Positions 11,958 to 24,902 of a DNA stretch of 64,000 nucleotides are shown here, in pieces. Under the pieces are notes generated by a model. The model searched no databases, was not told where the DNA came from, and worked only from the letters and a program-made list of their open reading frames with translations. A program made the position numbers and the translations under genes. Origin of the DNA: Chiloscyllium plagiosum (lineage: Eukaryota). The DNA is taken from assembly GCF_004010195.1 (NCBI RefSeq), contig NC_057759.1, positions 4,928,657 through 4,992,656 on the forward strand, in the 5' to 3' direction. Position 1 is the first letter of the stretch. Each line of letters opens with the position of its first letter.

Positions 11958-14160
11958 GAAATAACTCCGCGAGGTTGCTATCCCATCATCAAGTCACCTT
12001 TCAGTTACATATGCATAGTACATCACACTGACCAATCTGGCTCAGCGCCCACTCCTACAGTGAAAAGAACCCCTGCCACCCCTGTCTATATTTGTCAGTC
12101 AGGGTTCCCTGATCATGCCAGGTTAAAAGTACCAATCAGGGAACTTACATTCTATGAGGTTCACTTAGCAGACCTAATTTAAAACACTAGATCCCACCTT
12201 CCCTCAGTCCTGGTACATAGACCTGAACCTTTTGCTATGGTAACCCCTGGGGCGTTTTAGAACCAGGTCCTGTCCCTCCTCCTCTGCCTTGGATATCGGA
12301 CATAGCCAGTCCCTTGCACTTGGAGTGTCTCGGAAGGAATTCATCCTCTTCCTCTGGCAGTAGCGGCGTTGAGACTGTGATACGACAGTGTCCATCTCAT
12401 CCTGAGAGGTTTATTCGACACTAGGCAGAGGGGGAGAACCCATTAGTTCTGACAGCCTTGCTGGATGGTCTGAGGCGATGGGGTATGTTTTGCTCCTGCC
12501 CCAGTTGTGAGGTTGCTGCTTACATGTGGTCCATGGGCTCGGCTCGTTCTGAACTGCATCTTCTACCCAACTGGACGGACTTCGCGTCAACCATGCCTCA
12601 CACCCACGTAGAGCCATTCCCATGGTTTTGACAGCAAGCTTCTTCCCTAAAGTAAACTGTGTCTCTCACTTAGAAACGTCTTGGACCCAGCACTGGGTGT
12701 TTTTGATGCCGTTTAGCTCTGTCCCTCAGGTCTGGGAGGAATCAGGTTTAACTTGGGGTGGAGAGTTCTCATCATTAGCAACTTTGCATTAGATATGTCC
12801 CTGTAGCTGTGTGAGGAGTGCTGTGGAAGAATTACTCAATGTTCTATTTAAAAATTACCGGGAGACACAGAAAATCCTTCACGAAATTAAACTTCAATCT
12901 TGAAAAATCAAGGCTGTGGCAGTCTGAATGATGTCTTCCCTGACTGTCCAGAATGCCTTTGTTCTTCTCCAGTTTATACAATTTATTGGTCCCGTACTTA
13001 CTAGATAACATTAGCATAACTAAACTTACTGGCTTGCTTCGTCTTTATAAACTAATCATCGTCTACCATACTGGTTCCCTCCATCACGCTTTACCTCTCA
13101 CTTTACAACACCATCACTTTCAGCATTATCTCAGCTCCCAGTGATTTAACAAACCAATCACAATGCACTGCCATTATCCGGTACTGGAACACTGTAATTT
13201 GATCACGAGCATACATTACAACGCTAAATTAACTACATTACTGCCATAATAACTTCCATAGGAGTCATACTATAAACGAACAGGAAGCAGGACAGATTGG
13301 TATCTAGTGAAGCTGTAAGCTGCTTCTTTACGGAGAAAGTGAGGACTTCAGATGCAGGAGACCAGAGTTAAAAATGTGGCATGCCTAACAATATATAGTC
13401 AATGTGTGGTGCTGGAAAAAAACACAGCAGGTCAGGTAGCATTGGTGGAGCAGAGGAATCGACGTTTTGGGCATTCATCATGAAGGGTGTATGCCTGAAA
13501 CATCAACTCTCCTGCTGTACTTTTCCAGCACCACACATTGACTATATTTTGTTAAGCATGCTGCCAGACCACTGGACGATGGATAATATAGAGCTATCCT
13601 TACATACCAAATGCCTTTCGCCTTTAGGAAATTGTCGTGATTGGACAAAGGACCAGGTGGATCTCATTGAGTCTAAAATCCCTGATCTGGGCCGTTTACT
13701 TTGCCCAAGCAGAGAGCTGTGGCTGACGGATAAAAACAGTAGTCTCAGATGATACCCCAGAAAACAGTCTTATATAATGATACAAACGCCTGTGGACAGT
13801 CATTTCAGCATACTTCTGGGAAATCGTATCCAATTACAATTGCAGACATGCATGGCTCATGTCCAGCTTCGTGAAGAACAGCGCCCCGCCAGATTTGCAT
13901 ATTTGCCCTTTATTTGAGGGTAGTCGTCCATCGACGAAAAGCAGTTGGTTATTTGAAAATCCCACAAAGGCAAAGCAAACTATTATGCTTCATAATTGGC
14001 ACGACCAGTGCTGCCCATTCCGCAAACTGGGCAGGTTTGATGACTCCTTCACTTTCCAGCCTCCTGATATCTGCCTCTGCATTTGCACATGAGACTAATG
14101 GCTCTAGACGTGCCTCGCAGAATTTAAAAAATCCTTCTTGGCGTCTTTGATTCACTGCAC
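11958..14160 (-). mobile_element. Gypsy/Ty3 LTR retrotransposon remnant (3' LTR ~11958-12190, PPT, degraded pol)
   Basis: Minus translation FKFCEARLEP...IRRLESEGVIKPAQFAEWAALVVPIMK...CLCGIFK matches the Gypsy RT N-terminus. A purine tract gagggaaggtggga abuts the LTR. Confidence 0.75.
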
Positions 14161-16184
14161 CAGGGAGCAGGGTTTGTTTCCATCCTCAGACAACAGTCTG
14201 TGTGAAGTTTGCATTTTCACCCGATGGCTTCATGGGTTCCCTCCCGCTGCTCCGATTTCCTCCCACAGTCCAAGGATGTGCAGGTTAGTTTGAATAGCCA
14301 AACTAAATTGCCGTGGGATTAACCCTGGGAAATGCAGGGTTACAGCATGGGTAGGATACTCTCTGGAAGGTTGAAGTAGACTTGATGGGCCAAATGGCTT
14401 TTTTCATACAGTAGGGATTCTATTCTATGAGTTTACTGAAAAACGTGTCAATATTTAATTAGGACTTTACTCAGTCAGCTATTTTCCAATCGGAAAATTC
14501 TGAGCCAATCAAGTTGAATCTTTCTCAAACAATTTCACCATCAAGCTTGGGCCCGAGCAATTTAGTTCAATCAGCGGTAACTGAGTCAGCTGCTTTTTCA
14601 TAAGATACCAGAATCGAAGTTGTACCCTTAGTCAGTAAGGGTTAAAATCAATTTAACTGTTCCAAAGCAGCTGCAGGTGGATTTGCTCAGGTGTGCACTC
14701 TACGAGTTCTCTTATGCAATTCAGGCCGACTGGGCATCATGTGCTTTCTGTTGTCCACATACCAACAGAAACTATAATCACCTGCTATCTTGCATGAGTA
14801 CAATTTTTAAACATGAGCCATCTCTTATCCACCATCGACTACTTTAGCATGGCTCCACATTTCATCTTTGCCAATTCATGCCTCTTACATCATACGTCCC
14901 TTTATTTAGTTCCAGGATCCCAGCTTCCAGTTTAACTACTTGGCTCGTCATCTTCATGAAGAATGCTAACAAGTTACTCTTCCTCAGAGGACCTTTACAT
15001 AACAATCCTGTTAAGGTATCATTTCTCATTGCAAAGCATCCCATTGTCCAGTTGGGTCTTCAACGTTTAAAAACCATCTCTCCCTTACTTTCTTTCTTTC
15101 GCTCTCTATCTGTCTCTCTTTCACACACACTTCAAGATAATGGCTCACCATCACTTTCTCAAGGGCAACCAGGAACAGGCAATAAATAGTGGCCAGCCAG
15201 TGACACCCACATCCCTCAAATTGCTTTTAAAAATATACAAACACATACTCATGGAAATACTCGACCATTTTATTTTGTCAAATATCTATGTCAATTAAAG
15301 ACACCCAAGATTAGAGTTGCATCGTAATTGCAAGAGTCTTTGATGCCTTGCCGCATGCCTGATTAGGCTTGTAGGAAGGCTAATGGAATGTTCACCGCTA
15401 TTACAAGACAATTTGAGCACAGGATCAGCGAAGTCTTGTTCAAACACACCGGACTTGGTTAGGCTGTACCTGCAGGTCTATGTGCAGTTTGGCTCTCCTT
15501 ATCTCAGGAAAGATGCTAATTCCATGACGAGAGAGAGCCATGAAGATTCACCAGACCTGTCCCTGGGATGGGGCAATATCCAATGAAGAGACAGTGGGCA
15601 AATTGGGCCTGCATTTTCGAGGGATTGGAAGGATGAGTGACGATATAATTGAAAATACATGAACAATTTTTAAAGAGACATGTTACTTATAAGTTGAATA
15701 TTTGCTGTTTGGGCGAGTCTAGAACCAGGCAGGATTTTAAAGTAAGTGGGATTTCGGATCAAGATGGGGTTTGGTTTTCCTTTGTTTTGCGCGTTAGATT
15801 GCAATCCTTTCGAATTCTGTTCCTGCAGGAGGCTAGGGTCACTCCATCACTGAGTATGGTTAAGATCGTGGCTTGTAGATTTATGAATACGAATCGTTAA
15901 CTAGGTTATGGGGATAGAGTGTGTAAAATATATTGTAGAACTCAATCAGCCATCGTCGTCTTCAATGAGATGGCAGGTTCAATGGGCTGAGTGGCTCACA
16001 CCTGTTCTTATGTTCCTCTGTTGGCGAAGCAGTGCTTCTTGTTTCTTTTCTCTCAAAAATATACTCAAGTACTTTCCTTCCTGAACAATGAAACACTCCT
16101 CTGAAATGCACAACTTATAGACTTGTCGGCTCAAATACTTTTTTCTCTGAAGTGATGCAGTGGCCATAAAAATAAAATCATAGC

Positions 16185-16770
16185 ATCATAGAGGCGTACA
16201 ACATGGCCACAGACCCTTCGGTCGAATGTGTACATGCTCAACAGATATCCTAAATCAATCACGTCCTATTTGCCAGCGGTTAGCCCATATTCCTCTAACC
16301 CTTCCTATTCACATACCCATCCAGATGCCTTTGAAATGTTTCAATTTTACCAGCCTCCATCACTTTCTCTGGTATCGCATTCCATATACACACCAACATT
16401 TATGTGAAAAAGTTGCCTGTTAGGTCTCTTTTAAATGCTTCTCCTTTCATCCTAAACCTATGCCTTCTAATTCTGGACCATCTCCCTCACCTCCTTCCCC
16501 ATCTCTCTCTCACCACCGCCACTCCAGGGAAAAGATTTTTGTTTATTTACCATGTCCATGCCGCTGATAATCTTCTAGCCTCCATAAGGTCACCCCTCAG
16601 CCACTGACGTTTCAGGGAAAACAACCCCAGCCTACTCTGCCTTTCCCTATAGTTCAAACTCTCCAATACTAGTAACATCCTTGTAAATCTTTTCGGAACT
16701 CTTTCAAGTTTCAGAACATCTTTCCTGTAGGAGGGAGATCATAATTGCATGCAACATTCCGAAAGTGTGA
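16185..16770 (-). mobile_element. CR1/HER1 LINE 3' fragment
   Basis: Reverse complement of the 32150-32700 region. Confidence 0.8.
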
Positions 16771-17007
16771 AGTTCGACCCCAGCTGTCCTTTGTCACAGG
16801 GATGGATTGAAGATTATCAATCATTGAATCATGTCTCATCAAAGCAAACATTTCCAGTAAATAAATCTGACAAATCGTGTTTCTGTAAATGGCAGCTTTA
16901 CCACATTTTAATTTAACTCTTGGCATGGAAAAGCAACATTATCAACTTTGTTTATTTTGTGTACATTACAAGTAAGGTGAAATCTAACTGTACAAATGAT
17001 GCATGTG

Positions 17008-17112
<105 letters not shown>

Positions 17113-17744
17113 CAGACATGATATTTGTTGGTTAAATTTCTAACATAATTTTTCACAATAGACTACAGTTCAATCAAAATGCCACCATTTCATTCACAGT
17201 GTAACTCCTGAGCTCTGGTTTAATATGCATGACTTCCTTTTTTACCTCCATTTACCTACCCATTTTTGAAAGAAAAATCAATTAAGTGAAAGGATTTGTT
17301 GTCGAATTTCATGCTGAGGATGCAATTATCCCCAGAGATGTTTAAAAGTTAGAAACGGGTTTAAAACGCAAATGTTAAATCTTAACACTTGCGGGAAAAT
17401 AATTCACTAATTAGACAACAACTGAATTGAAATGACGATCAAGTAATGCATTAAAATCCTACTGCATCTGACAATTCTTCCAACTAAATTTGTGTCAGAA
17501 CTCAGACACATATAAATTACTTTCCGAGTGACTTACACCGCTGTTTTAATGGAAGGCGAAATCAAGCTAATATTTGCATATAAGACCTCGTGTCAAGAAC
17601 GGAAGGGTGTGAATTCTTCTCAGAAAAGAAACATCCTGAAGTGAGCAGCCTCTCTGAGTTTCTCTCTTCCCACACACGCGCGTGCACGACGCTAACTAAC
17701 TCTGTAAGAATGTTTACGCTACTTCCTTTTTGCACCATCTTTTA

Positions 17745-18380
17745 GTAGCCACTGGAGTGGTTTTTTTTCCAAGATGTGTCAAAGTGGTGTTGTAATTGCA
17801 ATAAAGTTAGGACTGAAAACATGCACTGAAACAAAACTGTATTGCAGTTTCAGATGAGTGGAAATCAGTGTTTCTTGGAATATCATCTCACTCAGCAGTG
17901 TGCAATAGACAGAACTGTGCCTGGAAACTTTTCTTTATAAAATAAAAGTGGAGGATATCGTACAGCATTGGTTATACGTTATCCCTGACAGAGGGAACAT
18001 CTCAACATTTATGGAATATCCACGATTATTTGATGGTCTTGTTGCAATTGTCTCTTTCCTTCAGCTGAGAGAAGAAAAAAAGATTAAAATCCATCAGCAC
18101 AAGTTCCAGTGTTTACGCTCATGTGTGTTGCTGAGAAATAAAGAAGTTAGTTTTGTCTGACAGTGAGAATCAGCAGACACACACACACACATCAGCAATG
18201 CATACTGTCATAGCCCCTAGTGTTCACAACACGGAATCGCAGATTGTAGCAGTGCTATCGTATCATGCAGCAGTGAAAGATTCTTTTACGGCCAACAACA
18301 GTCAAAGAGGGAGTGATTCCATCAATCCCCCACCTTGGATTATGGTTCACTTCTTTCCTCTTTTGAATTTATCTACATCC
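17745..18380 (-). repeat. Inverted paralogous block, partner of 38921-39610
   Basis: Shared reverse-complement anchors: aatcactccctctttgactg, tgctgcatgata, cactgtcagacaaa, tatttctcagc, aaaagtttcca, ttgcacactgc, gagtgagatg. Confidence 0.85.
18009..18064 (-). CDS. Putative terminal coding exon of an unidentified gene (copy 1): xEGKRQLQQDHQIIVDIP*
   Basis: Strong acceptor tttttttcttctctcAG; paralogous to 39287-39342 with mostly third-position differences and the same stop position. Confidence 0.5.
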
Positions 18381-18615
18381 TGTTGCCCATTCATTAAATA
18401 ATCTATGTCCAATATCGGCTAGCAGATGGCATTAGGTTCTGGAAGTGATTGAGGCGGAGGATATGTACAGGGAAGAACAGGGAAATGGGGTTAGAGTGGG
18501 TGGACATTTTGATTGGCATGGACAGGTTTGCGCTGAATGGTCTGTCTCTGTGCTGTAGGATTTTATGACCTAAACGATCTTTCCATGTGAAGCAGCATTT
18601 CAACTGTACCTTTGT

Positions 18616-18928
18616 GGGCGGCACGGTGGCACAGTGGTTAGCACTGCTGCCTCGCAGCGCCAGAGACCCGGGTTCAATTCCCGACTCAGGCGACTGACTG
18701 TGTGGAGTTTGCACGTTCTCCCCGTGTCTGCGTGGGTTTCCTCCGGGGGCTCCGGTTTCCTCCCACAGTCCAAAGATGTGCAAGTCAGGTGAATTGGCCA
18801 TGCTAAATTGCCCGTAGTGTTAGGTAAAGGGGTAATTGTAGGGGTATGGGTGGGTTACGCTTCGGCGGGTCGGTGTGGACTTGTTGGGCCGAAGGGCCTG
18901 TTTCCACACTGTAAGTAATCTAATCTAA
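18616..18928 (+). mobile_element. Full-length HE1-type tRNA-derived V-SINE
   Basis: Head gggcggcacggtggcacagtggttagcactgctgcctc with A/B boxes (ggttcaattcc), V-domain, and a HER1-like tail ending taatctaatctaa. Confidence 0.95.
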
Positions 18929-19509
18929 ACTCCAATTTTATGCATTGAATTCAGCCCACCCAATGTGGCAAAGTCTAGATTGGCGAAACCAAACAGAGAC
19001 ATGGTGGCCACTATACGGAATATCTCTGGCGTGTGCACAAGCAGGACCCCAATCTTTCTGCAGCCAGTCATTTTCACACGGCATCCTTTTCTCATGCCCA
19101 TGTGTCTGTCCTCAGCATGATGCATTGTCCAGTAAATCACAGTGTAAACTGAAGGAACAACATTTCATCTTAAGACTAGGCACTTTGCAGCCGTTTGGAC
19201 TTAATATTGATCTCAACACCTTCAAATTGTGAACCCATTCCTTCCCTTTCTTTTAGATTGTTATATTATGTTATCGTGTCCACTCCCCCCCCACCCCCCC
19301 AACACACACACCTCCACAACAACCCCCGCCCATTCCAGTGGGGACTGTCTATCCTTTCAAGTCTGGCAGGAGTGTTATGAACCAGATTGGACTCGCTCAA
19401 AACATTTCAAAAACCAGCCCAGACCCTAACTTTGCTAATTGCTTTAAGCAGGTGTATTGTGGATATTCCAGGAGTGATTCTTCTGATCAAAGCACTTAGT
19501 TTTAAACTT

Positions 19510-21942
19510 AGTTCTAAATTGGAGAAAGGACAAGTTTGACCATATTAGGCAAGAACTTTCAAAAGATGATTGGGGGAAAATGTTTGCAAGTAAAGGGACG
19601 GCTGGAAAATGGGAAGCCTTCAGAAATGAGTTAACCAGAATCCAGAGAAAGTATGTTCCTGTTAGGGTGAAATGAAAGGCTGGTATATATAGGGAGTGCT
19701 GGATGACTAAAGAAATTGAGGATTTGGTTAAGAAAAAGAAGGAAGCATATGTCAGGTGTAGACAGGATAGATTGATTGAATCCTTAGAAGTGTATAAAGA
19801 CAGTAGGAGTATATTTAAGAGGGAAATCAGGAGGGCAAAAGCATTGGCAAATGGAATTAAGGCGAATCCAAAGTGTTTTTACAAATACATTAAGGACAAA
19901 ATGGTAACTAAGGAGAGAATAGGGCCTCTCAAAGATCAGCAAGGCAGCCTTTGTGTGAAACCACAGAAAATGGTGTAGATACTAAGCGAGTATTTTGCAT
20001 CAGTATTTACTGTGGAAAAAGACATGGAAGATGTAGAATGTAGGCAAATAGATGGTGACATCTTGAAAATATCCATATTACAGCGGAGGAAATGCTGGAT
20101 ATCTTGAAGCGGGTAAAGGTTGATAAATCCTCAGGACCTGATCAGGCGGACCTTAGTACTCTGTGGGAAGCTAGGGAAGTGATTGCTGGGCCGCTTTCTG
20201 AGATATTTACTATCAAAAGGCACAGGTGAGGTGCTGGAAGACTGGAGGTTGGCTAACATGGTGCCTCTGCTTAAGTAGGGAGCTATAGACCAGTAAGTCT
20301 GACATCGGTGGTGGGCAAATTGTTGGAGGGAATCCTGAGGGACAGGATGTACATGTATTTGGAGAGGAAAGGACTGAATACGGAAAGTAAATATGGTTTG
20401 TGCGTGGGAAACCATGTCTCAGAATCTTGATTGAGTTTTTTGAAGAAGTAACAAAGCGGATTGATGAGGGCAGAGCGGTAAATGTGATCTATGTGAACTT
20501 ACGTAAGGCGTTCAACAAGGTTCCCCATGGGAGACTGGAGAGCAAGGTTAGATCTCACGGAATAAATGGAGAACTAACCATTTAGATACAGATCTGGCTC
20601 AAAGGTAGTAGACAGAGGATGGTGGTGGAAGTTTGTTTTTCAGACTGGAGGCCTGTCACCAGTGAAATGCCACAAGGATCAATGCTGGGTCCACTACTTT
20701 TTGTCATTTGCATAAATGATTTGGATATCAGCAGAAGAGGTATAGTTAGTAGGTTTGCAGATAACACCAAAATTGGAGGTGTAGTGGACAGCGAAGAAGG
20801 GTTCCTCAGATTGCAACAGGATCTTGATCTGGTGGGCCACGGTCTGAGAAGTGGCAAGTGGAGTTTATAAATGCGAGGTACTGCATTTGGGGAAAGCAAA
20901 TCTTAGTAGGACTATTCACTTAATGGTAAGGTCTTAGGGAGTGTTGCTGAACAAAGAGACCTTGGGGTGCAGGTTCATAGCTCCTTGAAAGTGGACTCGC
21001 ATCTAGATAGAACAGTGAAGAAGGCATTTAGTATGCTTTCCTTTAGGATTAGATTGCTTACAGTGTGAAAACAGGTCCTTCGGCCCAACAAGTCCACACC
21101 GACCCACCGAAGCGCAACCCACCCATACATTTACCCACTCACCTAACACTACGGGCTACTTAACATAGCCACTTCACCTGACCTGCACATCTTTGGACTG
21201 TGGGAGGAAACCGGAACTCACGGAGGAAACCCACGCAGACACAGGTAGAATGTGCAAGCTCCACACAGTCTGTTACCAGAGGCGGGAATTGAGCCCAGGT
21301 CTTTGGCGCTGTGAGGCAGCAGTGCTAACCACTGTGCGACCTTGAATATGGAGTACAGGAGTTGGGAGGTCATGTTGTGGCTGTGCAGGACATTGGTTAG
21401 ACCACTGTTGGGATATTGCGTGCAATTATGGTCTCCTTCCTATCGGAAAGATGTTGTGAAACTTGAAATGACTCAGAAAAGATTTACAAGGATTGGAGGA
21501 TTTTAGCTATAGGGAGAGTTTGAACAGGCTGGGGCTGTTTTCCCTGGAGCGTCGAGGCTGAGGTGTAACCTTACAGAGGTATACAAAATTATGAGGGGCA
21601 TGGATAGGATAAATAGACAAAGTCTTTTCCCTGGGGTGGGGGAGTCCAGAACTAGAGGGCATAGGTTTAGGGTGATGGGGAAAGATATAAAAGAATCTGA
21701 TGGGGCAACTTTTTCACGAAATGCGTGGTACGTGTATGGAATGAGCTGCCAGAAGAAGTAGTGGAAGCTGGTACAATTGCAACATTTAAAAGGCATTTTG
21801 GATAGTTATATGAATAGGAAGTGTTTGGAGGGATATGGGCATGGTGCTGTCAGGTGGGACTAAATTTGGTTGGGATATCTGGTCAGGATGGACGGCTTGG
21901 ACGGAATAGTCTATTTGGTGCTGTACATCTCTATGACTCTAT
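19510..21942 (+). mobile_element. 5'-truncated HER1/CR1 LINE, interrupted by an HE1 SINE
   Basis: Highly similar to 30527-32710; RT motifs PQGSMLGPLLF and RFADN. Confidence 0.9.
21047..21340 (-). mobile_element. HE1-type SINE nested in a LINE
   Basis: Reverse complement of the HE1 sequence interrupting the LINE RT C-terminal region. Confidence 0.9.
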
Positions 21943-22879
21943 AAAACAGACTTCATTTACAAGATTATCAACTGAAACACAAGATTGTCCTAACTTAATG
22001 TTGCTGTTGCAAATTATTGTAACACTTTCCATAAAGATGCTTTGGCACAAAGGGTAAACTTAAACACAGGAGAGATGTCAGAGATTGGGAGAATCAGCAT
22101 GGACCTGCTTCCTCTGGTCCAGCAACTTTAGAATGGCTGTTTGCTAAAACTAAACCAAACCAGGCGAAACAGATCTTGGAGAACTGGCTACTCCACTTTC
22201 ATTGAACCAGTGACTTTTTAAAAATATTTTAGAACATGAAAGCCTTTTGTCTGAGGCAGTATCTGATAGCTGTATTCAAATTGGCCCTAAAACCCTTAAA
22301 ACCTAGACTTTTTTGAATCGCTACTTTTGCGATCTCTTTGAAAAATTGCAGGACAGCATCGTTACATGAGACATATCATTCCTGAGGAAGAGCTTATGCT
22401 CGAAACATTGACTGTCCTGCACCTTGGATGTCCAGCACCACACTTTTTTGACATACTATTATTCAGCCATTCTCACATTCCTTAATTCTCACACATCACT
22501 TAATATGAACTATCAACATCTTTTCTCCACTAACACTCTATGCCCAGTACCGCCACAGCCTCCTTTCCAAATACACGCACAAACACATACACAGCCACAA
22601 ACGTTCACACACAATCAATCACTCTGAAGTAGCCAGCACGAGGCCGTACCCCAAGTGGAAGAGAGGGATTTTAAAAGTTCTTTGAGAGCTGTGGAATGGT
22701 GAGTATGATATTTTTATTCTTTATGTCTATCTCCCTTGATCTGGATTTGCTTCTTTCTGTATATCCCTGTCCCTATCTCCAATTATCTGTCTTTCTCTCT
22801 GCTTCTCATCCCATTTGCGTCTCAGGCAGCCAGACTGATGGATTGATTATAGTTTCAAAATTTGAAAAAGAAACAAAGA

Positions 22880-23645
22880 TGCCTCGTAATCAGAAACAAA
22901 ATCCACGATTGCTGCAGAAACTCAGCAGGTCAGTCTACACCTTTGGAGAGAAAGCTGACTTAACGTTTGGGTCCAGTGACACTTCTTCTGACCATGGTAT
23001 GTGGGGACTGGAATAAGGACACAGGGAGAAGGTACTCAGGAGGTAACATGTTTGAACTTGATATTGAGTCCGGACAGCTGCATGGTCTCCAAACAGGAAG
23101 TGAGGTGCTGTTCTTTTACTTTGTGCTGTTCTTCCAGCTATTCTGATCTTCCAGCATGTACTGAGGTTCGCCGGAACACTGCAGCAAGACACTGAGATGG
23201 AATTGTTGTCCGTGTTAGAACACTTAGGTACTGAAATGGCAGGCAACTGGAAGCCTGGTCGTTTTTGCCGACAGAATGTATGTGTTAGTCCAATGTCCTT
23301 ACCTCAACCTCTCACTTCAAACCTTGTCATCACATGGGCTGCTAAGACACGACCCATTGTCAGCCACTGACAGTGCCCATGAGCAGCCATTCATTCTCCC
23401 AGGGGCTGACCTTCACTCACTCCTTTGTATGCCCAAGCATTTTTCTCTCTTTCTGGGCCCCCACTCCACCTATGATTCACTCCTTTCCCATTTACCCATC
23501 ACCCCCACCCAATACTTTTTGCGGCATATGTACCAGACATTTTCCTCAATACCATCACTTCTGACAAAGGGTCTCTGGACCAGAAACGATAACTTTGATT
23601 TCTCTCCACAGATGCTGCCTAACATGTTGAATTTTCCCAGTCATT
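22880..23645. mobile_element. Penelope-like fragments with terminal repeats in inverted orientation
   Basis: Terminal-repeat motifs at both ends in opposite orientation; endonuclease-end remnants inside. Confidence 0.6.
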
Positions 23646-24871
23646 TGTAACTATATTTTAAAAATTGATTTTCGTTTCAATCATTCATGGGATTTGGGCA
23701 TCTCCAGCTCGGCCAGGCAGGTTTTACTGACCATTATAAATTACCTGGAGGGGAGTTAAGCGTCATCCATATTGCTGTGAGTCTGGAGTCACATGTAGGC
23801 CACACCAGGTAAGAATGGCAGATTTCCTTCCCTGAAGGACATGAGTGAACCAGATAGGATTTTCGTACAATGATCGTCATTAAATTCTGAATTCCAGGTT
23901 TTACTTTAATTTAAGTTAAATCCTGCTGTCTGCCATGGTAGGATTTGATCTCAGATCATTATTTGCGTTCTAGATTAAATGCCAAGTGATAATGCTACTG
24001 GGACGTCGCCTCTCCTGCGAATATGTTAGGAGTCAATATTCAACTATGGCTGCCCATCAGGCATTCTCAAAGATTTAAGAATTTCACACAATACTCTAGT
24101 CATCAAAACATTCACTCGACTTCCTGAAAAAAGATCCTGAGAACCACAGGAAAGTAATTAAGTGATCATGAAGGAGATGACAAGGAAGAAACAGAATCCA
24201 ACAGGGGAAATGTGGCGCTGGGTTAATCTGTCCATCCAAACATTCTGTGATCTATCATGGTTTCAGTCACCAATCAGCGGAACTATGGCCCTTCGACCGG
24301 ACTTCTTATCGAGAAGTGACGGTCAGACTCAGAAATAAAACTTCACCTTTTTTTTGTGATTGCACTGAGCGTTTATGTTAAGTGTATTGAATATGATTGT
24401 AACCATTTATCGATGCAATGGTATAGAGTTAACGTTGCTGGGCTGGAACACCCAGGTTAATGGTCTGAGGCTGTGAATTGAAACCTCATTGTGGTAGATG
24501 GTAAAATTTGAACTCAGGGGCAAATCTGGAGTTACAAATCACTCAACAACCAGGTTATAGTCCAACAGATTTATTTGGAAGCACTAGCTTTAGAAGAACT
24601 GCTGCTTCGACAGGTGGTTGTGGAGTGAAAGATCGTAAGACACCGAATTTGTAGCAAATGTTTACAGTTTGTTGTAACTGAAATTATACATTGAAAAAGA
24701 CCTGGATTGTTTGTTAAGTCTCTCATCTTTCAGAATGACCATGTTGGTTTGAGTTCTTGTATATGTAAATCAGTGAACTTTTTTAAAGTTGCATTCTGAA
24801 GTGAACTTTAACAATAGGTGCCATGTCGGACCAGATAATGCATTGAAGGTACGAGGTGTCCTTCAATGATT

Positions 24872-24902
24872 CCTGAAGAAGGGCTCATGCCTGAAACGTC
24901 GA
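24872..24902 (+). ncRNA. Minimal hammerhead-ribozyme-like motif in a Penelope terminal repeat
   Basis: CTGAAGA-A-GGGC-TCAT-GCCT-GAAA-CGTC: CUGANGA box, stem II, GAAA box, palindromic ACGT and a GUC site. Confidence 0.55.

Larger units (their letters stand above)
19374..22368. mobile_element. Probable solo LTR (TGTTATG...CGTTACA) split by the LINE at 19510-21942
   Basis: TG...CA termini; the sequence resumes after the LINE; similar 5' end (tgttatg, agcccag.ccctaact) at 43997. Confidence 0.5.

Noticed and set aside
17531..17579. Octamer ATTTGCAT (17572-17579) near a minus-strand GTAAGT donor, suggesting a B-cell-type promoter or first exon
   Set aside because: The octamer occurs several times by chance in this AT-rich window (e.g. 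~9464, ~10655, ~13893); no independent support.
18616..18690. tRNA-like sequence with A/B boxes
   Set aside because: Head of an HE1 SINE, continuous with the V-domain and LINE-like tail; not a tRNA gene.
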